Part shown: positions 26,823-40,620 of the stretch, piece after piece
Layout: the number at the start of each line of letters is the position of its first letter
Numbering within the stretch: position 1 is the stretch's first letter
NCBI GenBank assembly: GCA_951406725.2
Contig: OX597827.1
Coordinates: forward strand, 7,874,001 to 7,938,000
Source: Octopus vulgaris
Lineage: Eukaryota
Reading direction: 5' to 3'
DNA: 64,000 nt
Program-made: the position numbers and the translations under genes
The notes under the pieces: model-generated
Told to the model about the DNA's origin: nothing
Database searches by the model: none
Seen by the model: the letters and a program-made list of their open reading frames with translations, nothing else

Positions 26823-27050
26823 CCGTAAATCCTTGAGTATAATCCGCATTTTTTTCCCAAAATTTAAAGGTCAAGATCCCTAGTGCGCACTATATACGAG
26901 GTTAAAAATGTAAATTATTTTCTAAGCAATGTCCTAGTCTCTATTTGCTGTCCGGCAATGTTTATTCAGACGCATTTTGTGATGTCGAGCACGAAAATAA
27001 CTTAAGCTGTGTATTATACTCAAGGGAGGACTTTACTTGAGGATTTACGG
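26823..27050. mobile_element. Tc1/mariner-superfamily (pogo/Tc2-like) MITE
   Basis: TA|CCGTAAATCCTTGAGTATAATCC ... GGACTTTACTTGAGGATTTACGG|TA: imperfect TIRs with TA target duplication. Confidence 0.8.
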
Positions 27051-27300
27051 TATATGTGTTTATGTTTTGTGTCTCGTTGTCTTGACATCCCATGTTTGTC
27101 ATAAATGAGTGTCACTGTCATACAAGTGGTGTCGTTCATTTTCAATACTGTGCAAAAACTTGTTTGTCCATGGTAAAATATTAAAACCATTTGGAAGCAA
27201 CTGAAGGTTGGCAATAGAAAAGGGCAACTGGTTGTAGAAAATTCTACCCCAATAAATTCCATCTGACCCATGCAGGTAAGGTAAAAAACAGATGATAAAT

Positions 27301-27797
27301 GGTGGTGATGGTGGTGGTAGTTTTGGTAGTGGTGGTAGTGGTGGTGGTGGTGGTGGTGGTGGTGGTGGTGGTTTTGGTGGTGGTGGTGGTTGTGTCGGTG
27401 GTGTTGGTGGTGGTTTTGGTGGTGGTGGTGGTGTCGGTGGTGGTTTTGGTGGTGGTGGTGGTGGCGATGTTGGTGGTGGTTTTGGTGGTGGTGGTGGTGT
27501 CGGTGGTGGTATCGGTGGTGGTGGTGGTGGTAGTTGTGTCAGTGGTGTTGGTGGTGGTTTTGGTGGTGGTGGTGGTGTCGGTGGTGGTTTTGGTGGTGGT
27601 GGTGGTGTCGGTGGTGGTGTCGGTGGTGGTGGTGGTGGTGGTGGTGTCGGTGGTGGTTTTGGTGGTGGTGGTGGTGGTGGTGTTGTTTTTGGTGGTGGTG
27701 GTGGTGGCGGCAGCAGTTGTGGTGTTGTTGTTGGTGGTGGCGGTGGTGGTGGTGGATTTGTTGGTGGTGGTAGTGGTGTTGGCGGCAGCAGTTGTGG

Positions 27798-27843
<46 letters not shown>

Positions 27844-27872
27844 GGTATGGTGTCGGTGGTGGTTTTGGTGGT
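27301..27872 (+). repeat. (GGT)n-based compound repeat with higher-order ~27-bp units
   Basis: Directly visible; recurring GTC and TTT interruptions. Confidence 0.95.
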
Positions 27873-29387
27873 GATTACACGTTGGTTATAATGTAAACAG
27901 CTGTAAATATTATATCCACTGGAGTTTGAAGTCTTTTTATGATATTTTTTATATCTGGCCAGCAACTATTAGTTTCTCGAAATAATTTTGGCAATAATGG
28001 ATGGAAATGCATACAGATTTCAATGTTGAGCCATTCCCTAAGATATCTTGAAGAAATCAGGAAATAAGCAGTGCAAATAATGACTTCACTATTTCAACTG
28101 TTTATCCATTCTTTGCATCACAGATTAAAGATACCTTTTAGCTATATCTTTGATTAAATCAACTGTATAGAAGTGCATATAAATGAAAGCTTTACTGTCT
28201 GAGATTTCTCTTGGTACCAACCAATAATGATTAGAGAGAGGGGGGTGGGGGCGAAAGAAGTGCCAGTAAAGAAAGTCTGTATGCAGTTGCTTGTAGTATT
28301 AGAAATAGCAACCAAATTTCTTTCCTCTCACACATGTACAGTTTGTGTGACTCACAATTTTGCCAGCTCACTATGTTTACCATTACTAAAATAATAATAA
28401 TAATAATAGTCTTTGCATTGTGGTATACATTCTGCCCCTTTGGGCTTTGAGTTTAAATTCTGCTCAAGTCAACTTGATTTTTTTGGTGTCATACCAGTAA
28501 ATTCTTCTTTTCTCTGTTTTTTCTAGAAGAAAACACAGTGTTCAGACCTAAAGAAGGATTGGTTCTGCCAAATGCCCAACATATGCTATTATACCCCCAC
28601 CTCCACCTACATCAAGCGTCAGGGCTCAAAGAAGGAAGGAAAATAATATCTGCTCCTTTAAATATGCAAACTGTAATTTGCTGTCTTGTTCTTTCCTTTA
28701 ATTCCGACTATATTCCAACCACTAGACCCCTGCACCAAACATTTTTCCTAATTCTCCTTCCACAGAAATGTACCTATTATTCTAATCATCTTTTTCCTTC
28801 AGCTTCTAATCTCTAGAATTCCATTTCAAATTCGTTCTTATTTCTTATATTTAAACTTATTCCTTACAGTTATACTTATTCCTTCATCTGGAAACGTTTA
28901 AAAGGTTTGGGATTCAGCTTGTGAGAGAAAAAAATAAACAAGTTAGTTATTATGTAGTTGTTGAGGGTACCAGAGATATTAAACAAGCCTCCTTCAAATC
29001 ACACTTCATGGTCTTAAAAAAGAGTAAGATGTGCTTTAGATAATGTAACCCTTAAATATCCCCGCAAGAAAGCAGGATAGTCATGGGTGGAATGCCTTTG
29101 ATTATAGGCTTGTCTGATTGATCAGATTTGACCTACAAGAAGCTGCAGCAACAAAAGGAAATGGCTTTGGTCTAGAATGGTGTGATATCAGATATATAAT
29201 TATGTAGAAAAGTAGCATTTATCAACTCAAATAACCATATAGATATATTAATGCTAATGTAAAGAGAAAACCTTTTATAATGTGTAAACAGGAAAGTCGG
29301 AATGTGTTAGTTATAAATATTATCATAGTGAAAATGTAAATATGTAATAAATCAATAGCACGTTGGCAACAGTCGTATGAAGAAAAA

Positions 29388-29421
<34 letters not shown>

Positions 29422-30411
29422 TATGATAAATAAGTTATCATCAAATGGATTTTTGTGGCATTGCACATAACTGTATTATCAAATGCTTGTGGAAAAATGA
29501 ATTGATTTAAATGGTGATGGTTGTAATTTGGCACTTCCATCTAATTATAGCAAAAATAGCCACTTGCTCTGGTTGGTGCCCTCATAAACAAGTCATATTG
29601 CTTCGAACCATCCCTTTATTTATTCATGCTCGTATTTATGCATGCATGGGATAAGCATTAACTATATTTCATTTTCTGATCCCTTCTCACCGTCCCCTAT
29701 TTTTCTCTCTCCATATCAAGGTTGCAGGATTATTGAGCGGATCGTATGTTCTTTGATTAATGTTGATTAATGGTCTCTTTTAGGGTCTTTTATTCAATAG
29801 CCATTGCAACAGACTTAATGCACCTTAATGCAACTATAAGTAACATAGCTACTATGGCTTTTTTTTTTGTCTTTTTGGCAGAAAGATTAAAGACAGAATA
29901 CACAGTTATTTGGATGGACATTTGCATGTTTCTGCCATGAGAAAACAGCGCATTCTACTTTGCTTTTGTCCACGTAACTTACAACATCAATTTTGGTATA
30001 ATGTATAAATGAAACCATCATAACACGCATGCAATTTCAGTTTTACTCATTTTATTCCATATTGACTTTCATACATCTCAACAACAAACGTTAATAAAAT
30101 AGCCACATTTTTACACAACTTGAAGAATATTTGGTCTTCTGTGGTGAATATGTTTATTTTGCTTCCAGTTTTGTAATTGATTTGCAAGCGACATTTTGTG
30201 TTGTATCTCAAGAAGTTCATTATGTCAATAATAAACAAACACACTGGTTCTTTTTTTTCACATTTTATAATGATCATCATTATTAGTCAATGAATAAACC
30301 ATTTAACCAGTTAACTATTTGACTGTTTGATTAATTGTTCAATCAGTCAATCAATTAGTCTGGTTTGTCAGAGTTATTCCATCACCATTCACAACATCAT
30401 CTTCTGAAACC

Positions 30412-30639
30412 TTAACCCTTTAGCACTCAAATCAGCCATACCCAGCCAAACTATTCCACCCGTTTCATGTTCAAACTGGCCAGATATGGCCTCTCATACC
30501 TACCCTGCAATGTCATTCTAAAAATAAATGTTCACAGCATCAAAATCTCAAAGCTACAAGATTATGCATGACTAATTCAGATGCATGTGAATAAATAAAC
30601 ATTATATTTGATAGAAAAATCTGAATGCTAAAAGGTTAC
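30412..30639. mobile_element. piggyBac-like (TTAA) MITE
   Basis: TTAA|CCCTTTAGCACTCAAAT ... ATCTGAATGCTAAAAGG|TTAC imperfect TIRs. Confidence 0.7.
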
Positions 30640-30678
30640 TCTTTATACAAATATAGTTTAAACTCAAGAAAAAATTAT

Positions 30679-30893
30679 ATTGGGTTGTCTGGAAAGTTCA
30701 TGCCGATTTATAGTAGCTTACCTTTCAACTAATTTTAGAACATGGCTCAGTCCATAAAATAGGATTTGACTACACGTCCATTTAGAGAACAGTTTAAGCT
30801 ATCTTTTCGTGGAAGAAGGTTTATGTTCCTATAACCTGTCTTAATTCTGTAACCCTTTAAAATTGAAGATAAGAAGGTTCATTTTCGGCACTT
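30679..30893 (+). mobile_element. Mariner 5' end fragment
   Basis: TATTGGGTTGTCTGGAAAGTT TIR-like start; ends in EDKKVHFRH, resembling a mariner transposase N-terminus. Confidence 0.65.
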
Positions 30894-30982
30894 CTGTCCT
30901 AGCTCTTTGCATCCCCATAATTTAGCAGTTTAGCATGATAACAGGTAAGCGAGAAGTTTAGAATGAGGTATAGTGGAGGAAG

Positions 30983-31020
<38 letters not shown>

Positions 31021-32331
31021 TGAAAGCACAGAAAGGTGATAACTGAAGCAGGCTTCTTAACTATACAGTGATAGAAAAACTATACAAAAATTCAATTAAT
31101 TAATTAATTAATTAAATTTGTGTAAAACAAAATTATGAATAACATGTCTTTTCAAGATCTTCAAGTGTTAGTATCATTATTCTGAAGCCTTAAATTACAT
31201 TATTTTAAAATTCTGTGGTGTACTCAGACATACCATGGGGCATGTTAGTACCCTGCAGTGCACTGTTAGAAATGATTGCTGTGGATGGTAACCAAGGAAA
31301 AACCACGTGAAAGATTCAGTAACTTTCTACAACCACTAATTCAGCTCAAGGGAACCTCTGTGTAATCACTTGACATGCTAGGAATATCAGCTTAAGAGCC
31401 ACTTACTTACTCATTTATATATTAATAGGAAGGTTTCCTAAAGCAAATAACATGCTTAGGATGTAAAATAGAAATCATATGAATAAATGTTGATGAAGTA
31501 AGCAGCTCTGCAATACTTGCATTACTAAGCAATATCACAAAATTCCTGATAAGAGAATGATGAATTAACATTATGCTGCTATGTAAAAGAAAGCATAATG
31601 AATAGCATTTGAGAGAATGAAATTGTTCTATAAATTTGTCCAGCACCTGCTAGCATGGAAAAATAAATGATTCAACAAGGAACAATAACTAGATAATGAA
31701 ATAAACCAAAAAAGAAAACAATCTCTGAATTCACAGAGTGTTTTATCAATGGGAATTCTACAGACCACAGTTACAGAAACCACTGGGTTCTTTCTTTATT
31801 TATTTTTTTTTTTTTTTTCAAACTAAACGTTAAATTGTTTCATCTAGCATTTATAAAAATGGTGTTATTTTTATGTTGTATTATAAAACTATAATAATGT
31901 ATTTTGAGAATTATCACCTTTGAAAGCTATTTATTTCTACTCCTCCCTCAGTCATGACTAAAATATAAGTTTTCTTTATAAATCATTCATTCAATTCTTA
32001 ATGCTTAATGTATATGCATGCAAGTATTCATATACATGCAAACATACATACATACATACATTCATATAAATATGCATGTATGTATGTATGGATGGATGGA
32101 GGGATGGATGGATATAATTCAACTGATATTATTATTGTTCATCCTGCATTAAAAGGTATAGAACTAAAGATTGCTTCTGCAAATTAGCTTTTCCTGTAGC
32201 GACATCACAAACAGATGGTTACAGAAAATATCACAATTCGAGGAGTGGAGGCTGGTTTCATTTACAAGGCCAAACACATGATAAACAGATTAAGCATTGG
32301 CAATTAAAATACAGGGTATGGCTGGCTAATC

Positions 32332-32382
32332 CTTATGACCCTTTATTCTTATGACCCTTTATTCTTATGACCCTTTATTCTT
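32332..32382 (+). repeat. 16-bp tandem repeat x3 (CTTATGACCCTTTATT)
   Basis: Directly visible. Confidence 0.9.
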
Positions 32383-32494
32383 TATTACTTAATGACATGA
32401 ACCAAAAACAAAAAAAAAACAAAAACTGATTTTAATTATTTGAAATTTGACCCTTAATGTAAACCCTAGAAATGTTAGGGAGATAACTCCACTT

Positions 32495-32890
32495 TCTCTT
32501 TTATTTGTTTTGGTCATTGGACTGCGGCCATGCTGGAGCACTGCCTTCAAAGATTTTGTCAAAAAAAATCAACCTCAGTACTTATTTTTAAGTCCGATAC
32601 TTATTCTGTTGGTTTCTTTTTGCTGAACTACTAAGTTATGGAAATATAAACAAACCAATGCCAAGTGCCAAGTGGTAGAGTGGGAGAAACAAAAACCCAA
32701 AGACACATCCACACACACACACACACACACACAACGGTTCCACACAGTTTCTATCAACTAAATCCACTCACAAAGCACTAGTCAGCCCAGGGCTATAACT
32801 GAAGACACTTGCCCAAGTTGCCATGCAGTGGGACTGAACCCAAAACAACGAGGCTACAAAGTAAGCTACTTAACTTCACAACCATGCCTA
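32495..32890 (-). mobile_element. Older SINE family A copy
   Basis: Diverged similarity to young copies. Confidence 0.8.
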
Positions 32891-32959
32891 TATACTGCCT
32901 ATATACTCAACCAAAATTGATTTAAAATACAACTGAACATTCTGAACACCAATAATTTT

Positions 32960-33358
32960 TTTTTCCTACTCTAGACACAAGGCTCAAAATTTTAGAGGAA
33001 AAGGCCAGTCGATTAGATCGACCCCAGTACGCAACTGGTACTTAATTTATCGACCTCAAAAGGATGAAAGACAAAGTTGACCTTTGCAGAATTTGAACTC
33101 AGAACATAAAGACAGAAGAAATACCTATTTCTTTACTACCCACAAGGGGCTAAACACAGAGGGGACAAAGAAGGACAGACAAACGGATTAAGTCGATTAT
33201 ATCGACCCCAGTGCGTAACTGGTACTTATTTAATCGACCCCAAAAGGATGAAAGGCAAAGTCGTCCTCGGCAGAATTTGAACTCAGAACGCAGCGGTTGA
33301 CGAAATACCGCTAAGCATTTCACCCAGCGTGCTAACAATTCTGCCAGCTTGCTGCCTT
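32960..33358 (-). mobile_element. Two adjacent or nested SINE family B copies with different tails
   Basis: 33126-33358 full copy; 32960-33125 partial copy with the alternative GGCCTTGTG..TAGTAG-type tail. Confidence 0.8.
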
Positions 33359-36169
33359 TGAACACCAATAATTTGATAAGTATATTGGACAGAGGAAGAG
33401 ATACCTGCAATAGCCACAAGAAGTATGGGAGAGGAAGCTAGATAAAAGATACTGAAAATGATTATGAACAGTAACTTGTAATATGTTTTTAACATCCTAT
33501 AAAAATTGTGCAGATGTTCCTAAATTTAAAGTTATCAAATGAATGCCATTAGAAGTTGTATATAATTCCATATTCAGCCAAATGAACACACTTTTTTATC
33601 AACCTCCAAAAGAATGAAAGGCAAATTTGTACCTGTAGTGCAATGAAATACTGAAATGCAGCTAGCATATACAGTCAGGTGGTCAAAGTCTGAAACAGTA
33701 ATAAGCTATAAAAAACAAAGATGGTAAAACACAGCAAAGATGGTAGATTTTATTTGTTGTTGAGTCTGCATGATAACAAGACACTGGGACCTATTCTCAC
33801 CCATGCCAGAATGGAAATGCAGATAAAAACTGATGAGAATGGTAATGATATATTATTTTAATATTTTTCATCATAGAGTTGGCAAGTAATTTGTCTGTTA
33901 GCCAACAAGAGCAATTTTTTTGTGTTCTATCCAAAATTTTCTTTTTCAGTCATTATTGTAATACCACTCTTTAAAATGTCAACTGGATACATACTTTAAA
34001 AAAGGACAGTGTACTAACTGGATCTGACTGAGTTTTCTTAATATCAAGTGGACTAGTTTCATGATATCGTATCTGCAAACTCTCTAGTGGTTGTTAAATT
34101 TATCTAAAATATATTTCTTTTGTTTTGTTTGCAAAATTTTGTAGATTTAATTGTGTTCCCAAATTTTAGAACAAGTTTCCTCTACTATCGAGTCTTGCTT
34201 TGTTGTATGTTAAATGCATTTATTTTTCTCATCTTATATCAGTGTACCCAGTAAATACTTAGGTAGAACAAATTCTGAACAAGTAAATACTCTCTGTTTT
34301 GGGGGAATAGTCTCACTCTCTCTCTCTCTCTCTCTCAGCAGAGAGAGAAAAAAAAAAAAACAAAGAGACATTTGCTTCAGAATGCAATCTAGAAAGCTTT
34401 CACCAGAACTATATTTCTTGTAAATCATTATTTCAGAACATTCAACTGAAAAACAAAATGGATGAAGATATCTATTTTTTTATATCAGTTGTCCATGACA
34501 AACTGGCTAAGGAAAAATTGTAACAAAAAATTTTAAAATGTTTAGTTACAGAGTATTTTATTATTAACATAATTTCAGCAGAAATTGTAGAGCATTGGAT
34601 AACATTCCTTGCTATATTTTGTTATGTTTGTTTATGTTTTGAGTTCAAATCACATGAGGGTTGAGCTTATTTTTTCCCCAAGATTCAATACCCATTGAAA
34701 ATAAATTTTTTCCAACCAGTTAAAAAGAAACGTTTCATTTAATTGAAGGCAGTTTTTTTTCAAGTAACTGAAAAAGCCTTTTTTTTTTGTCTCAGAAAAA
34801 ATAGTTAGTCCCAAAAACGTTAGATTTCTTTCTCTCCTCAGCATATGAATTTATTAAAACCCTTGAAGTTAATTGCACATTTCAATTGTATAGCAATGAC
34901 TATGGCGATAACTATTACGAAAGACATCTAAATTGAAAGTTAAATCAATCAGTGTCATGCACTGTTGAGCAAAACGTATGTTAATATCAAGTCTGAGCTG
35001 AAATGAGTTCACTTATGCCAATACACTGGTTAGAAAAAAAATAATAATTATGAAGCAAAGAATGAAAATTCTCGTCCTTTTAAATATATGATTTCTGTGC
35101 CTAGCCAGCAGGAACCAATATTTCAATAGACCAGAAGTTGCTATTGGTTAACTTAAACCATGTTTTTGACAAATATTTTAATTCTCATTTGTCAAATGCA
35201 TATAAAACAGTACAATTTATTATGGTAAGAGGAAGATGGACCCTATCCTTATGAAGATAGATGCTATGAGAAGGTATTATGTATTACTGTAATGTTTTGT
35301 TAGTTTGCAATGTAAAAAAATCACTTGTCTGTTTTTCCTGGAATCATTACATAAAGTTCTTTTATGATGCCTCAGTGACCTTACTGGCTGTGCAACATTT
35401 GGTATTTAAAAAAAATATTTTCTTAATAATAAATGCAGACAGTCTTTGATGTAATTATTTGAAATTAAATATTGATTAATTCATATAATATTATATTCTG
35501 CTTTAACTTTTAAAAATATTGTAGCTGAATAAAGTATTGGCAAAATAAAGTAAACAACTTCAGTCACTCAGTAATTTTTGTTTTCATATGAAAGATAAGA
35601 TTTTAGTTTGGAAATAGACAAGTTTGGATGGTTTTGAGGAATGGAGATTTACGATAGACATGCTTCTCTTAAAACATTCACCAATAAGGACATGCCACTT
35701 TTGTTTCTTTTAATTGCATGGAAACATAAATAATATTTATATCAAGCAAGCAGCAAGCTGGCAAAACCATAAGTACACTGGACAAAATTCTTTAAGGTGG
35801 CAAGCTGACAGAATTGTTAGCAGGCCAGGTAAAATGCTTAGCAGTATTTCATCTGTCTTTTATGTTTTGAGCTCAAGTTCTGCCAAGGTCAACTTTGCCT
35901 ATCAGGATCACTGAAATAAGCACTAGCTGCACACTGAGGTTGATATAATTGATTTCCCCACTCCTATGAAATTGCTGGCCTTGCGCCAAAATCTGAGACT
36001 AATATTCATATGAAAAATCATCATTGCATCACAACTTCTTTGATCATAAGCGGTACTCAAATCAGAGTTCTTTCAAGTGATCCAATTGCTGGATTTCACT
36101 AAACACAGCTTAGAGTACATGCTTAACAGCTCGGACCACACCATAACAACTAATTTTCTCCCAAAGGCT

Positions 36170-36560
36170 GGAAGAGAATTCATCCTCCAGCAACTAAAGT
36201 AACTGTACAAAGCTCTAGTGAGGTCCACAGCCAAGTATTGAACAAGTGCTCCTGCTACAACATATGCAGACACCCTGGACCATATTCAGAAGCCCACCAA
36301 TCTGAATGGCATAATGTCTCAAGCAGAAATGTTCTAACATGCTGTCTCTCCTAATTACATCTACTAGTACTATAATGGCTTCTGCTCCTCAGGGCTGCTG
36401 AGTTCATACCACCTCCACTCAGGTTTTTCTGTCAAACTCCCATCTCCTCTAATCATTCAGGCCTTACACATATGACTACGCTCAAAATGTCGGTCCTTTC
36501 CTTCCAGGTTCAGTGGAAGCTTACTCTCCACCACTATCATCACTACTCATGTTTTTCTTG
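36170..36560 (+). mobile_element. Highly decayed CR1/L2-group LINE fragment
   Basis: LYKALVRS..Y and TLDHIQK resemble post-RT motifs LYKxxVRPxLEY and LDRIQK. Confidence 0.45.
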
Positions 36561-36855
36561 CAGGTATTAGCTTACAAAATTAAGAGAAAGACTGAACGTT
36601 TAAGGTATCAATTTTACTGATTTGGTAGGTCCTTGAAAGACTGTTGGCACTGCCCTTTTCTTCAGAACCAGCAATTAAAGAGAAAGAGAGGCTAATATAT
36701 GCAAAATGGTATATGTGAATGGACGAGAGGTCATAGTTTGTTGATAATCTACAACTGCTGCTGCCACTGCTGCTGCTGGTGCTAGGTGGTTAAATCAGAC
36801 AGTGAATCCTCAAAACAAAAACAATATATTCCATTTTTAAAAAAAAATACTCCAT

Positions 36856-37279
36856 AGGCACAGGAGTGGCTGTGTGGTAAGTAACTAGCTAACCAACTAC
36901 ATGGTTCCGGATTCAGTCCCACTGCGTGGCATCTTGGGCAAGTGTCTTCTGCTATAGCCCCGGGCCGACCAATGCCTTGTGAGTGGATTTGGTAGACGGA
37001 AACTGAAAGAAGCCTGTCGTATATATGTATATATATATATATATATGCATGTGTGTTTGTGTGTGTGTGTGTGTCTGTGTTTGTCCCCCTAGCATTGCTT
37101 AACAACCGATGCTGGTGTGTTTACGTCCCTGTCACTTAGCGGTTCGGCAAAAAGAGACCGATAGAATAAGTACTAGGCTTACAAAAAGAATAAGTCCCGG
37201 GGTCGAGTTGCTCGATTAAAGGCGGTGCTCCAGCATGGCCACAGTCAAATGACGGAAACAAGTAAAAAGAGTAAAGAGA
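36856..37279 (+). mobile_element. SINE family A copy
   Basis: Similarity to other copies. Confidence 0.9.
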
Positions 37280-38345
37280 GCTACTTAATGTCTTAAGTAC
37301 TTAAATACACAATTTGGATGCAATGATTTAACAGGGTTAATTTATCTTTTGCAGTTTCACGAAACTGTTAGAATAAATTGTTGGAATAATGCTAGAGTAG
37401 AGTAAGTTGATATATTGGTTAAGAGAATCTGTTTGCCTCCCATTTCATATTGAATTATAGAGTACAGGGGAAAAGAAAACAAAAAACAAAAAAAAAACAC
37501 ACAATTAGACATTGTAAGGACAGAGCAAGAAGAGTAATTTAAGACGTTAATTACAGGTAAGTTTCTTGCAATCCTGGTGTCTTGAATGCGCTTAGAATTT
37601 TAATATGAAAAAAAAATAGCTTTTTTTAAAAATAAATATAAAAAGAAAATAATGCTGAAAGGTGAGGCATAAATTTGAAAAAGAATTGATTTTTCCTTTT
37701 GTTCCTTTTTTTTTTTTTTTATAAGTGATCAAGTTATATATTTCCCTTACAACTATTGGTTTCTCTTGCTGTGAAAGGAAAAATACTTATTTCAGTAAAA
37801 CTATATAACTATATCTTTACAATGCTATTCTTGCAGTTAAGATATTTTTTATTTTTTTATCTTCAATAACAGAATACTTTGTACTAACAAAAAAAAAAAA
37901 AAAAAAAAAAGCCAAATAAATAAAATTTAAAAATGCGAAAAGAAAGAAAGAAATCTGTAAAAATGCTTAGTTGCGAATAATGTCAACTATATTCTCTGTT
38001 ATTCTATTTTCAGTATCTTTTGCACCTATTTTCTAGCTTTTAGTTCTAATTGGCTGACCTGATAGGCTGATATATTTTAATCTGCTGCATTGGTGATAGT
38101 TAAACACTTAATATGGGATATTATGTCCATAGCCGAGACTACCAACATTCTGTGGACTACCTGGTTGTTATTCTGTACTTAATGGGCAGAAGAATAACTA
38201 TGGTTCAAGAAATTAACTCCAACATCATGTGTTTTGGGATGAAGTTAATTCTGAGCTTGACTTTACTGCAAAGTTCCATAAACACATATCGTCTTCTATA
38301 ATTATAGATTGATCGATGCATTTGTGAGCAAAATATAGTGAACAT

Positions 38346-38399
<54 letters not shown>

Positions 38400-38411
38400 A
38401 ATGCATATATA

Positions 38412-38641
38412 AGGCGGCGAGCTGGCAGAAACGTTAGCACACCGGGCGAAATGCTTAGCAGTATTGCGTCTGTCGTTGCGTTCTGAGTTCAAATTCTGCC
38501 AAGGTCGACTTTGCCTTCCATCTTTTCGGGGTCGATAAATTAAGTACCAGTTACGCACTGGGGTCGATGTAATCGACTTAATCCGTTTGTCTGTCCTTGT
38601 TTGTCCCCTCTATGTTTAGCCCCTTGTGGGCAATAAAGAAA
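38412..38641 (+). mobile_element. SINE family B copy, full length
   Basis: Similarity to other copies; ATATATAAATGCATA present on both sides. Confidence 0.9.
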
Positions 38642-39409
38642 CATATATAAATGCATACACACACACATATATTAATTAATGAAATTCCAACTACGTCTAA
38701 TTTTCAAATTTTATTATTTGCACATTATTTGACAATTTTACAATATTGAAATAACCTAGTACTTTCCTGTGTTACATACTCTTCTGCATAGTTATTCCAC
38801 TTGCCTACCATATTCCACTTGCAAGGCATTGTTCAACTCCAAAGCTACAGCAGCTCAAAGCTATACATGCTTAAAGTGCCACACAGCAGGATTGAACCCA
38901 AGCTACAAGGCTCAAAAGTCTTGGACTTATCTTAGACATCGTTGTTGTTGTTGTTGTCGTCATTGTCATCTACTTAATTATATATTTTGTAGCGAGAATT
39001 TATGAGAGGATATTCTGTTTCACCTCTCACAAAGATGGGATGGAGTTAAGAATATTCAATTATTTCACCTGTACTTTAGAGGTTATTATATTGTCACTTG
39101 TGCTTAATGTTATGGCTCACTGAGAATTTTCCACTTCACTGAGTTCAGTAAATAAATTTTGATAACCCATTTGGAACTATTTAAGTGCAGAGCCATGAAA
39201 CATTACACTTTCTTATTTCTGTTCTAAAACCTGAAGCTTCATGTAAATAAACTGTTATGTTATCATGAGTCAATGGGAAAGCTTCAATGTGGTTGCTTGG
39301 TCTACCAGAAATAGAAGCCAAATTCCCTTGCAAACTACACACACCCTGCTGTCTTAAAAAAAGGGAACATTAGATAATGTAGACCAGGCTATTTTATATC
39401 TTAGTTATT

Positions 39410-39762
39410 TTTTATTCAATGGAGTGCAGTCATGCTGGGGCACTGCCCTGAAGAGCCTAGTCAAACCCAGTTAACCCCAATACTTGTTTTGAAGTCTGGT
39501 ACTCATACTATCAATCGCTTTTACTGAACTGCTAAGTTATGGAGAACTATATGACCTACATCAGCTGTCAAGTGGGAGGGGTCGATGAACACAAAAATAT
39601 GCACAAATATATGTATATATAAATGTGTGTGTGTTTGTATGAATATATATATGACAGGCTTTTACACAGTTTCTGCCTACCAAATTTACTCACAAAGCAT
39701 TAGTTGGCTTGAGGCTATAGAAGAAGACACTCCCTAAGGTGGCATGCAATGGGACTGAACCT
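39410..39762 (-). mobile_element. Older SINE family A copy
   Basis: Diverged similarity. Confidence 0.7.
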
Positions 39763-40224
39763 GTACGTCATTTTCCTTATTCCTTAAGTTCAAATTTAAA
39801 CCTTTAATCCCACTGAATAGTATGAAGAAATGACCATCTCCCTTATATCATTTGTCCATCAGAGAACACCATGTGTTAATACAGTTTCTTTTTTTTTTTC
39901 TTGTTTTTTAATATCATTAAGACAAAGCAGAAAGTGCAGTATCCATGATATTTTTCGTTTCTGCAAGGCCTTCTAGACTGGTGGGAGGACGGGAAGAAAT
40001 TATCTGCACATTGCAGACCTGTCCTGAATATTTGAAACAGAGTAAATTCTGCAAAAGAAGTATCCAGAAACCAAGATTGGAACTAAACAAGGAGAGGGAT
40101 TAAGTCTGCTGTTACATGTTTTTATTGTTTTTCTTTAATGACTCGAGGAAGTTTGTGAGGAAAAGATACGAGATAGCAAATATAATGATATTTCTATAGG
40201 TTTCTAGGCTGAGAAAGTAGAGGT

Positions 40225-40367
40225 AGACGCAGGAGTGGCTGTGTGGTAAGTAGCTTGCTTACCAACCACATGGCTGGGCAAGTGTCTTCTGCTATAGCCC
40301 CGGGCCGACTAATGCCTTGTGAGTGGATTTGGTAGACGGAAACTGAAAGAAGCCTGTCGTATATATG

Positions 40368-40403
<36 letters not shown>

Positions 40404-40620
40404 CTTGTGTATCTGTGTTTGTTCCCCTAGCATTGCTTGACAACCGATGCTGGTGTGTTTACGTCCCCGTCACTTAGCGGTTCGGCAAAAAAGACCGATA
40501 GAATAAGTACTGGGCTTACAAAGAATAAGTCCCAGGGTCGATTTGCTCGACTAAAGGCGGTGCTCCAGCATGGCCGCAGTCAAATGACTGAAACGAGTAA
40601 AAGAGTAAAAGAGTAAAGAG
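40225..40620 (+). mobile_element. SINE family A copy with B-box deletion
   Basis: CCACATGG|CTGGGCAAG lacks about 30 bp present in other copies. Confidence 0.9.
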
